Shown: positions 30,195 through 39,889 of the stretch, piece by piece | Layout of the letters: each line of letters begins with the position of its first letter | Numbering within the stretch: the stretch's first letter is position 1 | DNA from: Patescibacteria group bacterium | GTDB taxonomy: Bacteria; Patescibacteriota; Patescibacteriia; UBA11705; DATKZF01 | Assembly (NCBI GenBank): GCA_049319825.1 | Contig: JBMORT010000009.1 | Span: forward strand, 67,349 to 131,348 | Length of the DNA stretch: 64,000 nucleotides | Reading direction: 5' to 3' | Translations under genes and position numbers: made by a program | Notes under the pieces: model-generated | The model's database searches: none | The model's input: the letters and a program-made list of their open reading frames with translations, nothing else | Told to the model about the DNA's origin: nothing

Positions 30195-30455
30195 GTGAAA
30201 AAGACAAACGGCCATGTTGTTGGACTTCATGACACCATAACCAATGCCGCGGTCTTCGAAGCGAAGTTGCATCAATTTCCAGATCAAATCGATGTCGTGA
30301 GATTTGGCGTCCTCGATGATGAATATATTTACGCAGCAGCGTATTCGTCAAAAAACGGCAGTGGATACGGCGGCTTGCTCATGCCATTGATTAAGCTTAA
30401 TGAACTGATGAGAAAGTATAATGGTAGAATTGCATTTGTGAATGTCGCTGAATAA
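30195..30455 (+). CDS. hypothetical protein
   Basis: GTG start after CAGGAGG SD; TTTACA-N17-TATATT promoter upstream. Confidence 0.55.
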   Translation: MKKTNGHVVGLHDTITNAAVFEAKLHQFPDQIDVVRFGVLDDEYIYAAAYSSKNGSGYGGLLMPLIKLNELMRKYNGRIAFVNVAE

Positions 30456-30549
30456 TCTTTTTTTAGACGATCAATAATATTGATCGTTTTTAATATTGAC
30501 TTTTTTATTAATATATGATATAATATAAAATTAATAAATAATTTGAATT

Positions 30550-30681
30550 ATGGCAAAAAAGACTAAAAAGACGGCGATTTCTAATTTTCCGCACTATTAC
30601 AACATCACCGCGGTGGCGGTGGCCATATTGTCATGCTATGCGGTTTCGTTGATGGCCATTGACTCTTTATCTTCTAAATAA
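30550..30681 (+). CDS. 43-aa single-TM small protein (absent from ORF track)
   Basis: MAKKTKKTAISNFPHYYNITAVAVAILSCYAVSLMAIDSLSSK; TTGACT-N17-TATAAT promoter (30496-30524); terminator hairpin downstream. Confidence 0.55.
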   Translation: MAKKTKKTAISNFPHYYNITAVAVAILSCYAVSLMAIDSLSSK

Positions 30682-30804
30682 AAAGAGTGCGCCAAAAACA
30701 GCCTGTCGGCTGTTTTTTGGTTAAACGAAAAAAATCCGGGCCCCGATGTTATAAAAGAAACAAGCGTTGATAAACAATAAAAATCGATGGCCCGCATCCC
30801 GCAA

Positions 30805-30840
30805 AAAAGAAACCACCGGCGATGCCGGTGGTTTCTTTTC
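30805..30840. terminator. strong intrinsic terminator
   Basis: aaaagaaaccaccggc-gat-gccggtggtttctttt perfect hairpin. Confidence 0.8.
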
Positions 30841-30852
30841 AATTTAGATCTT

Positions 30853-31452
30853 TTATTTGTTCCACTCCATGAGTTTATCCAGTTTGACCCATTTGGATAA
30901 TCGGTCGCGCATCACTCGAACTCGGCCGGAGTTAACATCATATGTAACCACTTCCCAATTCGGCTCGATTCGGCCGAAAGTTCTTTTAACTTTCACTTTG
31001 TCTCCCATTGAAAAAGGGATTGCCGCCATTGCTTCGACGGTTTTTATCGAATCTTGATCAAGGGATCTCATTGCTCTTACCGGCTCTCCCTCATGTACTT
31101 CTTCCGTTTCATTCGTTATTTCTGACAGCTGTTGTTTTTCATTTATTGCGGCCAATCTGGGATCATTAACGTTTATTTTTATGAATTCCTCGTCTTTATA
31201 CACTTGGGCATCGCCATTTCTCGGATCAATGTCCAATATCTCCCAACCCGGAACGATTTTTTCATTTTTAAAAATTTTAATTTTATCTCCGACTTTAGCT
31301 TTCATTAAGTTCGACTCATCGAACGGTGTTTTTTCAGGGGTTGTATTTAATTCAGTCATCAGTCCGCTACCAATGTAAACATCGGCAGGCCGCTTCGGAT
31401 TATAGGGAACTTCCCCCTTTTTTCTTGGTGGAGGCGTTTCGAATTGTGGCAT
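30853..31452 (-). CDS. hypothetical protein with two SH3/Tudor-like repeats
   Basis: VGDKIKI....IVPGWEI..ID..NG and MGDKVKV....IEPNWEV..YD..SG. Confidence 0.65.
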   Translation of the reverse strand: MPQFETPPPRKKGEVPYNPKRPADVYIGSGLMTELNTTPEKTPFDESNLMKAKVGDKIKIFKNEKIVPGWEILDIDPRNGDAQVYKDEEFIKINVNDPRLAAINEKQQLSEITNETEEVHEGEPVRAMRSLDQDSIKTVEAMAAIPFSMGDKVKVKRTFGRIEPNWEVVTYDVNSGRVRVMRDRLSKWVKLDKLMEWNK

Positions 31453-31530
31453 ATAATTAATTATGAGTAAATCTTGACATAAATATAGCAGCGTATTAAA
31501 TTATATCAATATCAGCTGAGGAGGTCGGGC

Positions 31531-31737
31531 ATGAACCCAGTGCCGCATTGTCAGCGCGTTCCCGGAAAGAATTCGGTTCGTGGACAGCATTGTCCATATT
31601 TGGTAAATGGCCGGCGGTGTTCCTTCTTTACCCACAACGGGGAGCCTGCTCTCTGCCTGACTAATTCAATCGCTCGTGATATTCAATGTTACAACAAATG
31701 GAAGGTCGCGGCAAAGGATGTTAGCGGTGAAGTCTAG
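31531..31737 (+). CDS. small Cys-rich hypothetical protein
   Basis: GAGGAGG SD; TTGACA-N17-TAAATT promoter; 5 Cys. Confidence 0.5.
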   Translation: MNPVPHCQRVPGKNSVRGQHCPYLVNGRRCSFFTHNGEPALCLTNSIARDIQCYNKWKVAAKDVSGEV

Positions 31738-31960
31738 AGTGCTCGTTGTGCTCGGGGTGATTTTGCTGCTCGGCTCTATCTGTGCGTTTTTGACGGCCCT
31801 ATACTGGCATCGATCATTGAGCGCTGACGGTAATATAATGGACACGACTCTGACGGCGTTTCTTTCAATTTTAGCAATCAGTATTGGAGCTTTTCTATAC
31901 AATTATGGAAAAGTGCTGTCGGAAAGCTCGACACGCGACAATATCGATGATCTACATTAG
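31718..31960 (+). CDS. small two-TM membrane protein
   Basis: Two hydrophobic helices; overlaps upstream ORF. Confidence 0.5.
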   Translation: MLAVKSRVLVVLGVILLLGSICAFLTALYWHRSLSADGNIMDTTLTAFLSILAISIGAFLYNYGKVLSESSTRDNIDDLH

Positions 31961-32066
31961 ATCATTTTTATTATATCAAAAATAACAAAATTTAGACAAT
32001 TTCCATTGATTTTGTTAAGATAACTGAGCGATAGACATCAAGCTTTGTTAAGAGATCAAAATGGTT

Positions 32067-33842
32067 ATGAGCGAAATAGACGAAATAAAACAAAGAATCG
32101 ACATCGTTCAATTGGTCGGTGAGTATGTTCAGGATTTGAGGCAATCCGGTACCAATTGGAAGGCGAAGTGCCCTTTTCACAATGAAAAGACTCCCAGTTT
32201 TTTGGTTTCTCAGGAAAAACAGATTTATAAATGCTTCGGCTGCGGCAGCGGCGGCGATATTTTCACTTTCATTCAGGAAATTGAAGGCATGGATTTTCCG
32301 GAAGCGCTGCGCCTTTTGGCGAAAAAAGCCGGAGTGTCGTTAAAACAGGAAGACCCCAGAATTCATAGTCAGAAAACGCGGCTACTCGACATTCAGCGCT
32401 GGGCCGCGGCGTATTGGTATAAAGTGCTGGAGGAGTCATCGCGAGCCGCCGCGGCCAGAGAATACATCATCCGGCGGGGAATATCAAAAGAAACGGCCAT
32501 TGATTTTAAGCTGGGTTACGCGCCGGACTCTTGGGATCGAACAATGAATTTTTTGAAATCAAAAGGATACACGGAAACGGAAATCAGCTTGGCCGGATTG
32601 ATTAAAAGAAAAGAACGGGGGAGCGGCTACTACGACCGTTTTCGAAACAGGATAATTTTCCCAATCGGCGATGTTCACGGCAGCATTATCGCTTTTGGCG
32701 GCCGCGCCATGGATGAGCAATCGGGAGCGAAATATCTAAATAGCCCGCAGACGCCGATTTATGATAAAAGCTTCACCGTATACGGATTGGATAAAGCCAG
32801 ACAAGAAATAAAATCGAAGGATTTGGCGATTTTTGTTGAAGGGTACATGGATGTGATTTCATCGCATCAAGCCGGTGTAAAAAATGTGGTAGCCACTTCG
32901 GGCACGGCGCTCACTACCGGACATTTGAAATTAATCAAACGCTATACCAATAATGTCGCTTTTTGTTTTGATCAAGATTTGGCCGGCCAGCTGGCCGCTC
33001 AACGCTCGATCGATATCGCCTTGGCCGAGGATATAAACATTAAAATTATTCAGGTGGCGCATGGAAAAGATCCGGATGAATGCGTTCGAAAAGATCCGAA
33101 CTTGTGGTTGCAGTCGATTGGCAACGCCAAGCCGTACATGGAATATTACCTGGAGGTGGTAATGAAAAAACATGACATCGCCGATATCAACCAAAAAAAG
33201 AAAGCGGCCAAAACGATACTGACCCAGTTGTCCAAAATTCCTTCAAAAATCGAGCAAGATTTTTGGATGAAAAAAATTTCCGAATCCTTTGCCGTCGGCG
33301 AAAGGATTCTATGGGAATCCATGCCGAAGCCCAAAAGTCCGCTAGTGACGGCGTCGCCGTCTGCGTCGCCGCCGGCCAAAAGCCAATTTACGATTTTCGA
33401 TCGATTGTTCGGATTGATTTTAGCTAATTCAGAAAACATGGCCTATTTCGTGGAAAATTTGGAAAAAGAAATGGTTAAGGACACCCGGTGGCGTGAGTTT
33501 TACAGTAATTTAATTTCGTTGTATAATGAAAATAATAATTTATCAGGGACAAATTTTGAGCAATGGCTAAAAAAACAAGAAACCGCCAGCTTTAGCGATG
33601 GGTTTTTTAACAACCTTATTTTAGTTATTCAAAGAGAATTCGACGGCTTTTCACACACTGATATCCAAAACGAATTGGTTTCATTAATCAAAAAAATAAA
33701 AAAAGATTATTTCCGCGGACGGGTCAATGAGCTGTCAACCGAAATGAAGCGCCTGGAAGCGTCCGGGCAATCCGACGAACGTATCGATCAATTGATGCAA
33801 GAGATTCAAGAAGTCTCCTGGCAATTGGCGCGGTTGGAATAA
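32067..33842 (+). CDS. dnaG: DNA primase
   Basis: CPFHNEKTPSF..CFGC Zn finger, DRFRNRIIFPI, KYLNSP, VEGYMDV, FDQD.AG, KDPDE. Confidence 0.97.
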   Translation: MSEIDEIKQRIDIVQLVGEYVQDLRQSGTNWKAKCPFHNEKTPSFLVSQEKQIYKCFGCGSGGDIFTFIQEIEGMDFPEALRLLAKKAGVSLKQEDPRIHSQKTRLLDIQRWAAAYWYKVLEESSRAAAAREYIIRRGISKETAIDFKLGYAPDSWDRTMNFLKSKGYTETEISLAGLIKRKERGSGYYDRFRNRIIFPIGDVHGSIIAFGGRAMDEQSGAKYLNSPQTPIYDKSFTVYGLDKARQEIKSKDLAIFVEGYMDVISSHQAGVKNVVATSGTALTTGHLKLIKRYTNNVAFCFDQDLAGQLAAQRSIDIALAEDINIKIIQVAHGKDPDECVRKDPNLWLQSIGNAKPYMEYYLEVVMKKHDIADINQKKKAAKTILTQLSKIPSKIEQDFWMKKISESFAVGERILWESMPKPKSPLVTASPSASPPAKSQFTIFDRLFGLILANSENMAYFVENLEKEMVKDTRWREFYSNLISLYNENNNLSGTNFEQWLKKQETASFSDGFFNNLILVIQREFDGFSHTDIQNELVSLIKKIKKDYFRGRVNELSTEMKRLEASGQSDERIDQLMQEIQEVSWQLARLE

Positions 33843-33907
33843 TCATTGTTGTGATGGTTTCGTTTGGGTTCCATCGCTTCGTCATCAATTTTTAATCCAC
33901 ATCAAAT

Positions 33908-35170
33908 ATGCCTAAACAGGCAGACAGTAAAATCAAGCGAGTTCGGCCGCAAAAAAAACGTTCGGCCGCAAAAAAAACAGCCGCCAAGGCTGCTTTGAAG
34001 AAGTTAAAAAAGGGCCATAAAAAGCCCCATCAAAAAGTGAAGGTCGAAAGGCGCGGACGACCCAAAAAAATCGAGCCGCCATCAGAGCAATTTATCAGAC
34101 AATTAATCGATAAAGGCCGTAAGCGAGGTTTTATCACCGAGCGGGAAGTGCTTAAAGTGTTCCCGGAGCTGGAAGGCTACCTGGATTCATTTTATGGTTT
34201 TCAGGAAGAGATGGAAGCCAACGGCATCCAAATCGTTGAACTGCGAGGCGGGGTGCTGGGTGCCGATGATGAACGCGATCAAATATTATCCGGCGTGGGG
34301 CAAGGATCCAATGGCAGTCCCGTAGCTAAATACGACATCCCCGAGCTAACTGCGGATTCAATACAAATGTATCTTCGAGAGATCGGAAAGATAAAATTAT
34401 TGACGCAGGAAGAAGAACTGGCTTTAGCCAAGCGCAAGGAAAAAAGCGATCGCGAGGCGGAAAAAAGATTGATCGAGGCGAATTTGCGATTGGTTGTTTC
34501 GATCGCCAAAAAATTCGTCGGCAAAAGCTTGTCACTTTTGGATTTGATTCAGGAAGGAAACATCGGTTTGTTTCGCGCGGTGGAAAAATTTGAGTATCGC
34601 AAGGGATATAAATTTTCCACCTACGCCACCTGGTGGATCCGGCAGGCGATCACTCGCGCGCTGGCCGATCAGTCGCGAACAATTAGAATTCCGGTGCACA
34701 TGGTCGAAACCATCAATAAATTCCAGCAGATAGAAAGACGGTTGATACAAGATCTGGGCCGTGAACCACTGCCGGAAGAAATCGCCGCGGAAATGAATGA
34801 AGATCTGGACAAAATCAAATACATCATGAAAATTTCACAAGAAACGATTTCGCTGGAAACGACAGTGGGCGATGACGATGAAGATAGCACGCTTGAAGAT
34901 TTTATCGAAGATGTTAAAAATGTGTCGCCGGATCATTCGGCCGCGCTGCGTTTGCTGCGCGACTACGTGCGTGAAGTGATCAGGGAGCTGTCGCCGCGCG
35001 AACAGAAAATATTGGAAATGAGATTCGGTTTGGTTGACGGCGTATCGCACACGCTGGAAGAAGTGGGCCAGGAATTCGACGTGACTCGCGAGCGCATCAG
35101 GCAAATTGAAGCGAAAGCCTTGGAAAAAATTCAAAATATGAAAGGGATTGAAAAATTGAGAGACTATTAG
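33908..35170 (+). CDS. rpoD: primary sigma factor RpoD
   Basis: [60 protein letters not shown]. Confidence 0.97.
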   Translation: MPKQADSKIKRVRPQKKRSAAKKTAAKAALKKLKKGHKKPHQKVKVERRGRPKKIEPPSEQFIRQLIDKGRKRGFITEREVLKVFPELEGYLDSFYGFQEEMEANGIQIVELRGGVLGADDERDQILSGVGQGSNGSPVAKYDIPELTADSIQMYLREIGKIKLLTQEEELALAKRKEKSDREAEKRLIEANLRLVVSIAKKFVGKSLSLLDLIQEGNIGLFRAVEKFEYRKGYKFSTYATWWIRQAITRALADQSRTIRIPVHMVETINKFQQIERRLIQDLGREPLPEEIAAEMNEDLDKIKYIMKISQETISLETTVGDDDEDSTLEDFIEDVKNVSPDHSAALRLLRDYVREVIRELSPREQKILEMRFGLVDGVSHTLEEVGQEFDVTRERIRQIEAKALEKIQNMKGIEKLRDY

Positions 35171-35211
35171 AGGTAAAAAGAGAATAATAGGCAACTAATT
35201 TTTGAACAATA

Positions 35212-35237
35212 AAAAGCCGTCTGTTTGGGCGGCTTTT
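35212..35237 (+). terminator. terminator after dnaG-rpoD
   Basis: aaaagccgtc-tgtttg-ggcggctttt. Confidence 0.7.
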
Positions 35238-35313
35238 AGATTCGGCAAATCAACTCTTCAGTAAATATCCCGCTTGTGTTATAATTACTGTTGTTTTAAT
35301 GGGAGTGCTTACC

Positions 35314-35577
35314 ATGCCCGAACCTTGGCTGGAAAGATTGAGAAAAGCGCATGAAATTTTAGATCAGCTTGTGTCCTCACGAAATATATCGATTTTAAAT
35401 GTCCGGACATTTATCAGGCAGCTGCACCGAGCCGGTTCGCTGTTATCGGATTATGAATCAAAAAGCACGATCAGCGTTTGGCTGGTTTATTGGAACAAAA
35501 TTTTAAAAAACCTGGAATTGACCGACAACGCTGAAGCCGGGTCGAATTCACCAGTAAAACGCCATCCATTTAAATAA
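35314..35577 (+). CDS. hypothetical protein
   Basis: ORF with upstream TGn-TATAAT and GGGAG. Confidence 0.45.
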   Translation: MPEPWLERLRKAHEILDQLVSSRNISILNVRTFIRQLHRAGSLLSDYESKSTISVWLVYWNKILKNLELTDNAEAGSNSPVKRHPFK

Positions 35578-35743
35578 TTGGATGGCTTATTGATTTTAAA
35601 AACCGTCAGCGCCGGACATTTAATTGATCAAGACATTAATTGATCTAACAAAAAACAACCCGAAATCAATCGGATTATTTTCCCAGGTACTGTACTGTAT
35701 TCCGGCGAAGCGTTCTTGGCTCCGTCGGGTACCGTACGATGCC

Positions 35744-35820
35744 TGGCTCCGCGGGTGGGACTTGAACCCACGACCCACTGATTAACAGTCAGTTGCTCTA
35801 ACCAACTGAGCTACCGCGGA
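35744..35820 (-). tRNA. tRNA-Asn(GTT)
   Basis: Reverse complement TCCGCGGTAGCTCAGTTGG...actga-ct-GTT-aa-tcagt...GGTTCAAGTCC..CCGCGGAGCCA. Confidence 0.97.
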
Positions 35821-35998
35821 ATGATAACCAAATGATATCAAATTATCGCTCGATTGTCAAGCGGAGACCACCTGATTTTATGGATTTTATGGGCATTAAG
35901 TAGCCGGCTGTTTAATTTGGCCGGCTTTTATAAATTGACAGAATCAATGCTTTGTCTATAATATTAACTCGGAACAACCATGGACATGGAGGTGTCTC

Positions 35999-36310
35999 AT
36001 GCTGCGCCTGATTGAAGATTTGTTCCTCCTCATCATGGTGCCCGTATTTATCATGATTTTGACTGCCAGCGTGGCAATTGGCATATATGTCGCGGTCATC
36101 GCCATTCCGGCCAGCCTCCTTTTAATGTGGTATGATCGATCCAGTAATCGCTTTTGCCAGGCCGTTTTGTTCGTTTTTTCCCTGCCGATTTTTATTGTCG
36201 GCGCGTTGGCGCTTTTGATCAGCGGTCTTTACCTGTTGGCCATGCTGCCGCTGTTTGCTCCCATGATGTATGGATATAAAAAAGTGGAAGCAGCATCGCT
36301 ATCCGCTTAA
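35999..36310 (+). CDS. highly hydrophobic small membrane protein
   Basis: TTGACA-N16-TATAAT, GGAGGT SD, two long hydrophobic stretches. Confidence 0.6.
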   Translation: MLRLIEDLFLLIMVPVFIMILTASVAIGIYVAVIAIPASLLLMWYDRSSNRFCQAVLFVFSLPIFIVGALALLISGLYLLAMLPLFAPMMYGYKKVEAASLSA

Positions 36311-36411
36311 GTCTGCGTACGATTACGCAGATTTTTCTTTGATAAATCGATCTTTCCAAAAACATATAAATATAATAAGATGAATGTAGAGTAATTAAAT
36401 CAAACAATTTT

Positions 36412-37362
36412 ATGGAAAATGAACAACAACAAAAAAAACGCAGAGGTTGGCTGTTAATTTTAATAATTCTGGCGCTGCTGTTGGCGGCGGCGGCATCAAT
36501 CATTTTAATAATGCGCGGTCGTGAAGACACTTGGTTGTGTCAGGATGGTCGCTGGGTCAAGCATGGCAATCCCAGCCGTCCCATGCCGACAGAGCAGTGC
36601 ATTCTGGAGAAATTCCCCATTGAGGTAGAAGTCAGGGTTTTTACGCCCGAGCTGGATGCGGAAATTTCCAGTCCGGTGGCAGTGACCGGTGAAGCGCTCG
36701 GCAATTGGTACTTTGAGGGCAGTTTTCCCATCGAATTGGTTGATCAGGACAATAACACGCTGGCCAGCGGCATCGCGCAGGCTCAGTCCGATTGGATGAC
36801 GTCAGAGTTCGTGCCATTCAAGGCTTCTTTGACCTTTGCCGCCGGGCAGGCGACCAAGGGGCGACTGATATTTCGAAATGATAATCCTTCCGGATTGCCG
36901 GAGAATCAGAAACAATACATCTGGCCGATAAAATTCGCGCCAAAGCAGACGGATAAATCACAGCCGACAGCGGAAAAAATGACGGTGAAAGTTTACTTTT
37001 CCAATACCAATTTGGATCCTGAAGTCACTTGCGAAAAAGTTTTTCCGGTCGAGCGGACAATTGAAAAAACATTGGCTGTCGGACAGGCGGCGATCGAAGA
37101 ATTGCTCAAAGGACCGAATGATGTCGAGAAAGCCGATCGATACCAAACCAGCATCAATTCAGGCGTGAAATTGAATTCTATCCGAATCGTAAACGGCACG
37201 GCTTACGTTGATTTCAGCTCTCAAATCGAAAACCAAGTTGGCGGTTCGTGCCGGGTTTCATTGATCAGAAAACAGATCGAACAAACACTGAAGCAATTTT
37301 CATCGGTAAAAGATGTGGTAATATCGGTCGATGGCAGAACCGAAGACATTTTACAACCATAG
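36412..37362 (+). CDS. Gmad2 Ig-like + GerMN domain membrane-anchored protein
   Basis: EDTWLC.DG.WVKHGNP, V.G.A.G.W.FEGSFP, LL.GP...E, GGSCRV..IR.QIEQTL.QF. Confidence 0.85.
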   Translation: MENEQQQKKRRGWLLILIILALLLAAAASIILIMRGREDTWLCQDGRWVKHGNPSRPMPTEQCILEKFPIEVEVRVFTPELDAEISSPVAVTGEALGNWYFEGSFPIELVDQDNNTLASGIAQAQSDWMTSEFVPFKASLTFAAGQATKGRLIFRNDNPSGLPENQKQYIWPIKFAPKQTDKSQPTAEKMTVKVYFSNTNLDPEVTCEKVFPVERTIEKTLAVGQAAIEELLKGPNDVEKADRYQTSINSGVKLNSIRIVNGTAYVDFSSQIENQVGGSCRVSLIRKQIEQTLKQFSSVKDVVISVDGRTEDILQP

Positions 37363-37370
37363 ATAAAACT

Positions 37371-38147
37371 ATGAAATTGTTAACATGGGCGATTTTTTTC
37401 GCGCTAATGCTTGGCGGTTGCCAAATTTCCTATCAAAATAACATTAGTGACGATTCGGACATTTTATTGGCGCCGGATTTTCCAGCGACGTCAGATTCAT
37501 CGTCAGCCGCAGACAATTTGCCCATCGCGCCGGCCTCCGCCGAAGCGCTCAGCGATCAGGCGATTTTAGCGGATACTCAAACGATCAGTGAAGAGACCGA
37601 TAACATTGCCATTGACGCGCAATATCCCAAGACTAATATCGGTTTTGTCGATCAAACAATAGATTATTTCGTTCAAACGCAAATTGATGATTTTAAAAAT
37701 CAGTATCAGGATGTTGAGAAAATAAACGCTCAGCCGTATTCGATGTGGATCGATTATCAAATATTTTCCGCCAACCGCAATTTTTTTAGCGTGCTTTTTA
37801 TGAATTCTTATGAAACCGGCGGCGCGCATCCGAATCATCTCGTGTTTACTTATAATTTTGACATTAAAAATGAACGCCGGCTGTCACTGGCCGACATATT
37901 TCCCGAACATCAATCGGATATTCTGAATTACGTGAAAAATGAATTAAAACAAAATCCTGATTATTTCAGTGAAAACATTGATGAGCTGACTGGGCAAGAC
38001 ATTCAAAAGTTCACCTTGACCGATCGCTCGATAATTTTTCATTTTTCACCGTACGAAGTGGCCGCTTACGCTTTCGGTCCGATTGAGGTTTCGGTGGAAT
38101 ATGAAAAAATCACTCATTGGATAATGCTTGAACGACTCGAAACTTAG
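37371..38147 (+). CDS. DUF3298/DUF4163 (RsiV-like) lipoprotein
   Basis: LGGC lipobox, YP, TGGAHPN, L.LADIF, F.PYEVA.YA.G. Confidence 0.8.
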   Translation: MKLLTWAIFFALMLGGCQISYQNNISDDSDILLAPDFPATSDSSSAADNLPIAPASAEALSDQAILADTQTISEETDNIAIDAQYPKTNIGFVDQTIDYFVQTQIDDFKNQYQDVEKINAQPYSMWIDYQIFSANRNFFSVLFMNSYETGGAHPNHLVFTYNFDIKNERRLSLADIFPEHQSDILNYVKNELKQNPDYFSENIDELTGQDIQKFTLTDRSIIFHFSPYEVAAYAFGPIEVSVEYEKITHWIMLERLET

Positions 38148-38349
38148 GATAATCTTCAAATATTTGAACAAATTGATGTTTTTGGGCTAAAGCCGGTCAG
38201 GATGAGGCTGTATTGTTGATTTATCAACAGCTTATATTGAATATCTAGAAATATTTCTTGAAAATGTTATAATGTAGTCATTCATCAAATAGATGTGGAT
38301 AACTAATTTGGTGGCGGTAAACTACTCGCCAGCCTGATTAATTAATCAC

Positions 38350-39810
38350 ATGGACTATCATCGGTTCATCCGAAAAAAATACAATTTAACAGACCAACTA
38401 AATGACTATCTCACGGTGCGAGACGGTTTTTTGTTTTACAAGGACATCAATTTGTATCAGCTGGCCCAACAATACGGCACGCCGCTGGAAGTGGCTTACA
38501 CCGACATGATCAATGAGCGCGTCGATCAATTGAAAAGCTTATTCAAGCAAGCGATAACCGCCAGCAGCTATCCCGGGAAATTCATTTATGCCTACGCCAC
38601 CAAAGCCAATTATTACAGCGAGGTTATCGCCACCGCCCTGAATAATTGCGATGCCATTGAAACCAGCTCTCCCTATGACCTCTATATAATCGAAAAGCTG
38701 GTTAAAGAAAACATGCTCGGCAGTAAGAAGTTGGTCATTTGCAATGGTTTTAAGACTGATAAATATTTCAATAAAATTTTAGATTTGAAAAAATTAGGAG
38801 TCAATATAATCCCGGTGCTGGAAAATAAAAAAGAGGTGGATTTATTCATCAATAAAACCAAGCTGCAGTTTGAAGTCGGTTTGCGGGTCAACATCGAAAA
38901 GAAGGCCATTAAATTGTTTAACGCCAATGATCGTTTGAGCTCGAACGTGGAAAGCCGCTTCGGCTTATACGCCGACGACCTGGAACCCGCCGCCGAACAG
39001 CTGGTGCGATCCGGGCATTTGAAATTAAAATTGTTTCATTTCCACATCGGCGGTATGATCGAAAACATTTCCCGTTATTTGGAGTTTATCGACGACATAT
39101 TCGAACATGAATACTGTCCGCTGGCGAAAAAATTCGATATAAAATATTTTGACATCGGTGGCGGACTGCCGGTGCAGTATGATTTAAAATTCAATTTTGA
39201 TTACAAAAAGCTGGTTTACGGCTTGGTCGAAACGATCGCTCGACAGGCCGGCAGGCAAAATATCACTCCCCCAAGCATCATTGGTGAATTTGGCCGATAT
39301 ACGGTCAATGACCATGGTTTTTCCATTTTTAGAATAAATTTCGTGAAACCGACTCAAACCGAAGATACATACTGGTACATTATCAACAGCAGTCTGATGA
39401 ATTTTCTTCCCGATTCATGGGCGCTGGGGCAGGATTTCGTCATCTTGCCGCTTAACAGATGGCATCAGGATTACTGCCGCGTCAGACTGGGCGGCATGAC
39501 TTGCGATCCGGACGACACTTATTATAAAAACGAGAAAGAAAACATTCTGTATTTGCCGAAAATCGGCGATGCCGGCCGGGAAGAATTGCTGGTTGGAGTT
39601 TTTGGCGTCGGCGCATATCAGGAAATGATATCCGGCGTCGGCGGCGTGCACCACTGCTTGTTGCCCGAAGGAACCGAATTGATTGTTTATAAAAAATCAG
39701 GAAAACTTCATTTTGATCGAATCACTCCGCTGCAAACTCCAAGGAAAGTGATGAGGATATTGGATTATCACGGACACCATGATTTAAGCCGATATTTCAA
39801 CACCAAATGA
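38350..39810 (+). CDS. speA: PLP-dependent fold-III basic amino-acid decarboxylase, arginine decarboxylase-like
   Basis: YATKAN, ETSS, CNGFK, SRFG, HFHIG, DIGGG, GEFGR, LPD.W, TCD.DD, GAYQ. Confidence 0.75.
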   Translation: MDYHRFIRKKYNLTDQLNDYLTVRDGFLFYKDINLYQLAQQYGTPLEVAYTDMINERVDQLKSLFKQAITASSYPGKFIYAYATKANYYSEVIATALNNCDAIETSSPYDLYIIEKLVKENMLGSKKLVICNGFKTDKYFNKILDLKKLGVNIIPVLENKKEVDLFINKTKLQFEVGLRVNIEKKAIKLFNANDRLSSNVESRFGLYADDLEPAAEQLVRSGHLKLKLFHFHIGGMIENISRYLEFIDDIFEHEYCPLAKKFDIKYFDIGGGLPVQYDLKFNFDYKKLVYGLVETIARQAGRQNITPPSIIGEFGRYTVNDHGFSIFRINFVKPTQTEDTYWYIINSSLMNFLPDSWALGQDFVILPLNRWHQDYCRVRLGGMTCDPDDTYYKNEKENILYLPKIGDAGREELLVGVFGVGAYQEMISGVGGVHHCLLPEGTELIVYKKSGKLHFDRITPLQTPRKVMRILDYHGHHDLSRYFNTK

Positions 39811-39889
39811 TATTTGCCGGTCGCGGATAAATCAAGCGCGCAGCGCAATTGTTGTTTGCCCTTGCCAGTAATGATATACTTAAATCGAT

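Noticed and set aside
35614-35646. Short direct repeat gacatt(t)aattgatc x2
   Set aside because: Only two short AT-rich copies; likely a local slippage duplication
38214-38302. Replication origin
   Set aside because: Only one perfect DnaA box and no dnaA/dnaN context
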